The position numbers and the translations under genes are program-made. The notes beneath the pieces are model-generated. The model saw nothing but the letters and a program-made list of their open reading frames with translations. It was not told the DNA's origin and searched no databases. DNA of 61,151 nucleotides, taken from the IMG/VR virus record IMGVR_UViG_3300022602_002290, positions 1 through 61,151 of that record; one strand, 5' to 3'. This document shows, in pieces, positions 56,301 through 61,151 of this stretch (within the stretch, counting starts at the first letter, position 1; every line of letters starts with the position of its first letter). This DNA is from a virus. Taxonomy: Duplodnaviria > Caudoviricetes.

Positions 56301-57707
56301 GCTGTTTCGTGAATCAGCAACACCTTGGGGATATCCTTCGTATGATAGTCCGGCTTGTGTACTAAAGGCACCTGTGATGTTAAATCCTGGAGAATATAAA
56401 TCTACACGAGGACCGCAGTTACTAAAAAAAGCTTTGGCAGTATTATACTGTGCAGATATCGCACCAACACAGATAACTCCGTTAGTAGCGGCTGGATCTG
56501 CTCCTCTGTTATAATAATATGTTCCTCCAGAAGTATTGATAGCGTTATTATAATTAATATCTGTTCCACTGGCTGAATCTAATGCCATATAAGAACCGTT
56601 GTTACCTGCGGCGGCAACTACAATAACTCCGGCAGTGATAAGATCTTGTATCTGAGATTCTATAGCTAGATATCTAAACGGAACAACACAGTTCGCTCCA
56701 TCAAAACAAGGAACTCCATACTGTGCAATAGCAACTGCTGTAAATCCTCCTGCGGGTGCAGTATATGTTGTGCCTTGATAAACAACGCTGGTTATGCTAG
56801 ATAAAGGAATAGTCGATTGATATTGCCAGCTATTGGTACAGACTGTGGGATTACGTATTCCTGTAGCAGGGTTAATGGGTTTATTTTGATGCCAGTATCT
56901 AACATATTCTAAAAAATAACTGTTAATAAATGCTGTTGGACCTGTAAAACTAAATGGATTGCTATCAGCAAACCCAAATCCTATATTATATATGTTAGCA
57001 CTTCGTGCCCAACCTTGAGTATTACCTGCACAACTAGATGCAACGTGTGTACCGTGATTGTTGTTGGCTTCGAGACTAGGACTTATAGCCGCGGCCGCTG
57101 ATCCACCATAAGGAGTGTATACATAAGTTCCATTAGCTGTTCCAAATAAGGCATTGTTGTATGCAAGCCAGTTGATTTGATTATATCTGCTTCCACCTGA
57201 TCCGTCTGGATTTACAGCAAATTCGGGATGTGCAGGATCAGCATGTCCGTCAACAACTACGATATCAACATTTTCTCCGCTGTAAGGAACTGTAATAGAG
57301 GCAGTGACATCATATAGTTGAATAGGACTATCATCGCCCCAATCAAATCGGTTTTGTCCTTCTAACACTTGTAATAGTGCCCAGTTTATGTCTGTCGATG
57401 CTTGAGAATCGTTTTTACTAAAGTGATTGCTGGTTTGGGTATAGCTGTAACCGCAATGGGCAGGAATAAGTCCCAGGTCTTGCCATGTTCTAGTTACTTC
57501 CCATACTCGTGGATCTTGCTTTATCAACTCTGCTTCTTCGTCAGTCATCATGTAGTGTGTATTACGACTGGTAAGAGGATTTATATTACATTCTACAGCT
57601 CTCTGCGGAACACATTCACTTCCGCCTGCGTTAATGATTTCGTCATGCAGACTTGCTTTGTCTTCAAATTTGTTTACTATTACGATATATTCTTTTAAAT
57701 CGCTCAT
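53319..57707 (-). CDS. Large virion-associated multidomain protein: S8 subtilase + Ig-like repeats + alpha/beta-hydrolase esterase + C-terminal structural domain
   Basis: S8 triad VVDG / HGTHVAS / GTSQATPQV plus AAAGN; esterase HGGGW / GASAGG; Ig repeats ...TGEITGTP / TGSVSGTP; C-terminal FWNGGG shared with the next two genes. Confidence 0.85.
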   Translation of the reverse strand: MSDLKEYIVIVNKFEDKASLHDEIINAGGSECVPQRAVECNINPLTSRNTHYMMTDEEAELIKQDPRVWEVTRTWQDLGLIPAHCGYSYTQTSNHFSKNDSQASTDINWALLQVLEGQNRFDWGDDSPIQLYDVTASITVPYSGENVDIVVVDGHADPAHPEFAVNPDGSGGSRYNQINWLAYNNALFGTANGTYVYTPYGGSAAAAISPSLEANNNHGTHVASSCAGNTQGWARSANIYNIGFGFADSNPFSFTGPTAFINSYFLEYVRYWHQNKPINPATGIRNPTVCTNSWQYQSTIPLSSITSVVYQGTTYTAPAGGFTAVAIAQYGVPCFDGANCVVPFRYLAIESQIQDLITAGVIVVAAAGNNGSYMALDSASGTDINYNNAINTSGGTYYYNRGADPAATNGVICVGAISAQYNTAKAFFSNCGPRVDLYSPGFNITGAFSTQAGLSYEGYPQGVADSRNSSYYIGKVNGTSQATPQVTGVIACLLEAFPTAQQAAALSYMTTNAKGGQMINNQFIYNNFDYSSIQGGNNKVLYALFPSLPTATVAQSSTVVTAGVNTAFTPVTGSGGFGALTYTLNTQLPAGISATGWVEAIPGNLTSAYFHVVSGATGWGIGDNIFGGGLTAPTWLASPTDATYSTWLIQPGYSANIGSADSPITVSNGMSMNSATGEITGTPASTMGNTSYTVTVTDGNGSASSANFSLQVIAAQNYTATYEVSYGSDPQQTVDIYVPSGTPKGVILWIHGGGWTGGSKSSHGYTTSQGGYWINDEHQMNSMAKLGYYIVAMDYRLANSNTGQGVSGAGDINDYNNYTKAGGSSNNYFPANVNDVETVLGLMMVGGGAGLWVGVYNAVLTYGLLVSGASAGGHLSSFAVQQYLYTTGHYPRNGVAPVVGPQDADIIANTDPTVTTVAQNILKNYINGVTASPSEAQEKAISPRWQYGSISSPGPWHSAVYNSNLKFWIYYNPNDTLVVPSLQVPFYNTLQAELGNSRVLVEAVAQGSFVENPSYPNHNLQYPIVVYLGDLARRAFAILSTVNVASKTITAGTAITPFIPVSFSQGSGSISFSISPSLPSGLNFSSSTGSVSGTPASSSQTTVYTVTGTDASGKSVSATFNLAVQAASGGGGVGLQNVVVTHQQWNTLQAKVASILGNPDSNTVDLGWGVPSLIQSSSVSQRSSPSGDIYGTEYDQLANDINVCLSHISNSNYNDGTRDAHQLITNDDYARLSTQIDYVYSNRSTASPSHLTSQTWTGHTQVAFNSVYGYHYQVDFGSNTAFRSFWNGGGSITWSFSFSPNPQNALNQSWYDMLTGVGTLVLTKDRFYQTNNNPSYSASLGFTNGVYGGSMLVNPDPIANPGITKSAVVTEADANYTSNYFDFYVGLDNSNLFQAQSLIVIIGLVNQYSGQGGSNATSSGIPGVSMTTNYPFNFSTTQTHGYNYLDGSYTYTPGYPGVVPSS

Positions 57708-57715
57708 ATTATTCC

Positions 57716-58564
57716 TTAGGATTGGGATTGGCTGGCTACATTTAGTGATTGGATGGGGTTACCAAATGGATATCTTTGTGTAACCACCAGTCTAGCTTGG
57801 CCATCAACATAATCATAACCTCCGGCTATTCCTGCATGTGCATCTTGCAATATGATTGACATCTGCAATTGAGTACCATTAGTGTTGAATTGAATTTGTA
57901 GATAATTTGCGGTATAATTAGTGTCTTGGTTGTACAACTGGAAATATGTAGTTGGTGTTGTATTAAATCCGTTAAGTGGTCCAACGTTGCCTCCCGGGTA
58001 TGTACCAGACCATGTTTGTCCTTGTTGTCCTATAGATGTTGGAAGAACATAAAAGGCCCCCATGTTCGCAAACAGATCAACCCATGATTGGGATTGAGAA
58101 CTACCGCTACTTATCCCTGATAAATTGATGTAGAATCCGCCACCTGCGTTCCAAAATTGATTGTATGAAGCGAAAGAACTCCAGTTTATATTGTAATTGG
58201 CAATGTAATAATTTTGCCACGGACTAAATGTCTGATAGCCGGAATCATAAAGCGTGTTCTGAGTATATTGTGTAGATGCAATAGAATATTGATTGGTATT
58301 GATATAGGTTACAGCCGCTGAAGCATTTGTTAAGTTTGCTTGGGTTATTCTAGTGCCTGTAACCACTGTTGACAAACTTGAATTAGATCCAGTAATGTGA
58401 GTATAGCATTTATTAATATCAGCTACTAACGCATTCCAGTCAGCATGATTTACTGTGTTGCCTGTTGCAACAGCATAGCTAGAGTGTGTTTGGCCCCACC
58501 CTGTTAGAACTCCTTGTACAGAGCTTACTAACGGATTCCAATCTGAGTGTGAAATTTGTGACAT
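57716..58564 (-). CDS. Virion structural protein (tail/baseplate-like)
   Basis: S/T/N/G-rich; FWNAGG and DTNYTANY motifs shared with its neighbours. Confidence 0.6.
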   Translation of the reverse strand: MSQISHSDWNPLVSSVQGVLTGWGQTHSSYAVATGNTVNHADWNALVADINKCYTHITGSNSSLSTVVTGTRITQANLTNASAAVTYINTNQYSIASTQYTQNTLYDSGYQTFSPWQNYYIANYNINWSSFASYNQFWNAGGGFYINLSGISSGSSQSQSWVDLFANMGAFYVLPTSIGQQGQTWSGTYPGGNVGPLNGFNTTPTTYFQLYNQDTNYTANYLQIQFNTNGTQLQMSIILQDAHAGIAGGYDYVDGQARLVVTQRYPFGNPIQSLNVASQSQS

Positions 58565-58575
58565 GTGTTATCCTA

Positions 58576-59487
58576 TTATGATATTGTGTTGTTAACATTA
58601 ATAGCATTAGGAGTTTTATTAAAACAATAATATGTATTGATACTCCAGTTAAATGTAGAATTTATTACATCTGAATTTGTGTTAGGCTCAGACGTATAAG
58701 GATTATTAAGTATTGCGGTTACTGTAAAACCTGTACAGGCAAACACACCAGTACCTGATGGATACGGAGTAATGTTTATAAAAAATGAATTTCCTGTATA
58801 ATGAGCATCAGTATCTAACAACTTAAACCCAACTGATGCATTAGCACCTACCTGTCCGTTTTGTATTAGATTGTACAGTCCACCATTTGGAAAAGAACCG
58901 TTTCGTCCGTTGCTATTCTGGAATGCGGCATCGCCAGAAAATACTATGTTGCCCGCTGATGTTAATAAAGTTTCCCAAGAGTTTACTAGGGGAGATCCGT
59001 CACCACCTGTGGTACTTGCACCTATGGCAATAAATCCGCCTAAGTTGGTCCAGCCTCGGAAGTTGTTATTGCTACCCCAATCTAAGGTCACGCTATGAGT
59101 TCTCCTTACACCCCATGAGCTTCCGTCTGAATAAGAATCTGAAGTTAAAACTGCTAATAGCTCTGTACCTACTGAGTTTCTAGCGGTATATGCAGAATCT
59201 GTATGTGAACTCAGCCCTGCTAGGTCTCCGGCAGAAATAATCTGACCTTTGCTAAACGTAGATAAATCTGTAGGATTTCCTGTTTGATGTTGTATTATTG
59301 TATTAAGGTCGCCTATGGCTCTGTTAGCATCGTCACCGTAAACTATTGCACCTCTTGAAACTTGTGCGCTGTTATAGGTAAGATTGTAACCTAAATCAAT
59401 GATAGATTGATCAGGCGCTCCTAATATAGAAGCGATTTTTGATTGTATACCGTTAAAGGTATCTATTACAATTTTGCTTGATGCCAT
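58576..59487 (-). CDS. Virion structural protein (tail/baseplate-like)
   Basis: Q.K.ASILG.PD...DLG and W.NLGG.I motifs shared with the C-terminus of 53319-57707. Confidence 0.6.
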   Translation of the reverse strand: MASSKIVIDTFNGIQSKIASILGAPDQSIIDLGYNLTYNSAQVSRGAIVYGDDANRAIGDLNTIIQHQTGNPTDLSTFSKGQIISAGDLAGLSSHTDSAYTARNSVGTELLAVLTSDSYSDGSSWGVRRTHSVTLDWGSNNNFRGWTNLGGFIAIGASTTGGDGSPLVNSWETLLTSAGNIVFSGDAAFQNSNGRNGSFPNGGLYNLIQNGQVGANASVGFKLLDTDAHYTGNSFFINITPYPSGTGVFACTGFTVTAILNNPYTSEPNTNSDVINSTFNWSINTYYCFNKTPNAINVNNTIS

Positions 59488-59498
59488 CTGTTATTCCG

Positions 59499-59825
59499 TT
59501 AAACTCTAAAACTTTCGCCACACCCACAACGATCACGTTCATTTGGATTTTTAAAATCAAATCCTTCGTTGAGCCCGTTTCTTACCCAATCCATTGTTAA
59601 ACCAGTTAAGTATGGCTCGTCCTTTAAACTTACTAAAACGCAAAAATCTGGTTGTGCATAGTTGATTACACCTTCTTCGTGCTCTATCTTATCTACATAT
59701 TCTAGAACATAAGCAAGGCCACTGCATCCTGTAGTTTTTATTCCAATCCTAATTCCCACACCTTTGCCTCTTTTTTTAAGATTTTCAGAGACTTTTTTAA
59801 CGGCTTCAGATGTTAAATTGATCAT
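59499..59825 (-). CDS. iscA: Iron-sulfur cluster assembly accessory protein IscA (HesB family)
   Basis: GCSG and CGCGESF motifs; 108 aa. Confidence 0.95.
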   Translation of the reverse strand: MINLTSEAVKKVSENLKKRGKGVGIRIGIKTTGCSGLAYVLEYVDKIEHEEGVINYAQPDFCVLVSLKDEPYLTGLTMDWVRNGLNEGFDFKNPNERDRCGCGESFRV

Positions 59826-59893
59826 AATATGCTACAATAAATACCCTACACATATTTAGCGCATCAACAAACACAACAAAATAAAAATAAATT

Positions 59894-61150
59894 ATGAAAA
59901 TAGCCGTATTAGGAGCAGGATCCGCTGGAGTTATATCTATGGCACAACTGTGTGCGAATGTACCTAACGGATTTGAAATTGTAAGCATTTATGATCCAAA
60001 TACAAAAATATTAGGTATTGGTGAAAGTACTAACAGTGGGTTTATTACTGTGTTAGAACAAGCATGCGGTTTCAGTTTCATGGACGACCTAGATGCTATG
60101 GATAGTACATTAAAATTTGGTAACAAATTTATGGATTGGCGCAGTGATGATTGGTTCAATCCATTGTTAGACGGTGGCATTGCGATACATATTAACAATT
60201 TTAAACTAAAAGAATACGTATTTTCTAGATTGTCTCAACGCTTTCCTACAAAATTTAAAACAATAGAAGGGTTTGTAACTGATCTTGTTAGTACGGGTGA
60301 TGGAGTAGATGTTGTAGTAGATGGAGTTACTCATCATTTTGATCATGTAATCGATACTCGAGGATTTCCTAAAGACTATACAGACTGTCATATAGTTGAC
60401 AGTTTACCTCTCAATCGCGGAATCATACATACAGAATACGAACCAGGAGATTGGCAGTACACTGAACATCGGGCAACTGCAAATGGGTGGATGTTTGGAA
60501 TCCCGTTAAAAAATCGCAGAACCTATGGATATCTATTCAACGATACAATTACTCCTGTTGAAGAAGCCTATGAAGATGTTTGTCGTATTTTTAACATTGA
60601 TGTAGATAATGTTGGCCGTCTTGAAGGGCAAGTAGAGTATCAGTTTAAAAGCTATTATGCTCGTACAGTATATGAAGGTAATGTGCTAAAGAATGGCAAT
60701 CGTGCTATATTCTTTGAGCCTATCAGTGCAAGTAGCATTTATTTTTATATCTTTACAAACTATGTGTTCATTGATTATCTCAAAGGTAATATATCTAAGC
60801 AGATGCTTAATGATAGATTTGTTGAGTATGCACAAAAGCTAGAAGATATTATCTGTTTCTTTTATCACGGCGGCAGTACGTTTGATACTCCGTTTTGGAC
60901 TATGGCCAAAGAACGCACAACAAAACATCTAATGCATAGCCGTAATTTTAGAGATGCTCTTGTTGATTGTATAAGATGGAATCAACAGGGATTACCGCAC
61001 TATGCAGATGGACTTGTTTTTAGTGGGTACCACCTAAATTTAATAGATCAAAAGTTTGGTTATAACTATTTTACTGATCCTGAAAAGAACAAAAAAACTA
61101 TCGAGGCTATTGATCGCAACTTAAATACAGGTGGAAGGATGATATTATGA
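59894..61150 (+). CDS. Flavin-dependent tryptophan-halogenase-like protein
   Basis: GAGSAG, LGIGES, TLK, GWMFGIP and FFEP. Confidence 0.85.
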   Translation: MKIAVLGAGSAGVISMAQLCANVPNGFEIVSIYDPNTKILGIGESTNSGFITVLEQACGFSFMDDLDAMDSTLKFGNKFMDWRSDDWFNPLLDGGIAIHINNFKLKEYVFSRLSQRFPTKFKTIEGFVTDLVSTGDGVDVVVDGVTHHFDHVIDTRGFPKDYTDCHIVDSLPLNRGIIHTEYEPGDWQYTEHRATANGWMFGIPLKNRRTYGYLFNDTITPVEEAYEDVCRIFNIDVDNVGRLEGQVEYQFKSYYARTVYEGNVLKNGNRAIFFEPISASSIYFYIFTNYVFIDYLKGNISKQMLNDRFVEYAQKLEDIICFFYHGGSTFDTPFWTMAKERTTKHLMHSRNFRDALVDCIRWNQQGLPHYADGLVFSGYHLNLIDQKFGYNYFTDPEKNKKTIEAIDRNLNTGGRMIL

Positions 61151-61151
61151 T

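Noticed and set aside
53319-59487. Diversity-generating retroelement acting on the structural genes
   Set aside because: No reverse transcriptase and no adenine-variable TR/VR repeat pair was seen; the similarity between these genes is old protein-level paralogy.
1023-60391. Many short antisense or alternative-frame ORFs in the track (e.g. 1023-1220, 2195-2410, 13922-14404, 19061-19408, 57402-57698)
   Set aside because: They lie inside motif-bearing genes or RNAs, lack an RBS or promoter, and have no recognisable motifs.
1-61151. Genome-wide stop-codon reassignment (prompted by the in-frame TGA at 5570)
   Set aside because: Long genes are intact in the standard code, and TGA, TAG and TAA all end genes at tight ATGA/TAATG overlaps.

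Overview
This window looks like part of a large (jumbo) tailed-phage genome, probably infecting a proteobacterial host (inferred from the IscA and tRNA-CAU sequences). It is not a cellular chromosome. 1-~4 kb: a GC-richer, leftward 'early' region. It holds small genes, each behind a near-consensus sigma70 promoter, a tRNA(CAU), two unassigned structured RNAs, four polar AACGGGGTTT repeats and a phased A-tract (bent DNA) element. One early gene (1938-2123) and its promoter sit in a 267-nt stretch whose template strand has no GA or GG dinucleotide, which suggests avoidance of a context-specific DNA base modification. ~4.4-53 kb: a dense cluster of tailoring enzymes. It has 10 radical SAM enzymes (2 probably cobalamin-dependent), ~12 2OG-Fe(II)/cupin oxygenases, 4 methyltransferases, ~9 glycosyltransferase-like proteins, and an amidinotransferase, PLP aminotransferase, carbamoyltransferase, SDR, QueC-like ATPase, SpeD-like decarboxylase, 2 kinase-like proteins, a GNAT, a halogenase-like flavoprotein and a nucleotidyltransferase-cupin. 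Many transcription units start with TAAATA 4-7 nt before the ATG. 53-61 kb: virion-like proteins (including a 1462-aa subtilase/Ig/esterase fusion), IscA and a second halogenase-like flavoprotein. All product calls come from motifs recognised by eye; no database searches were run.
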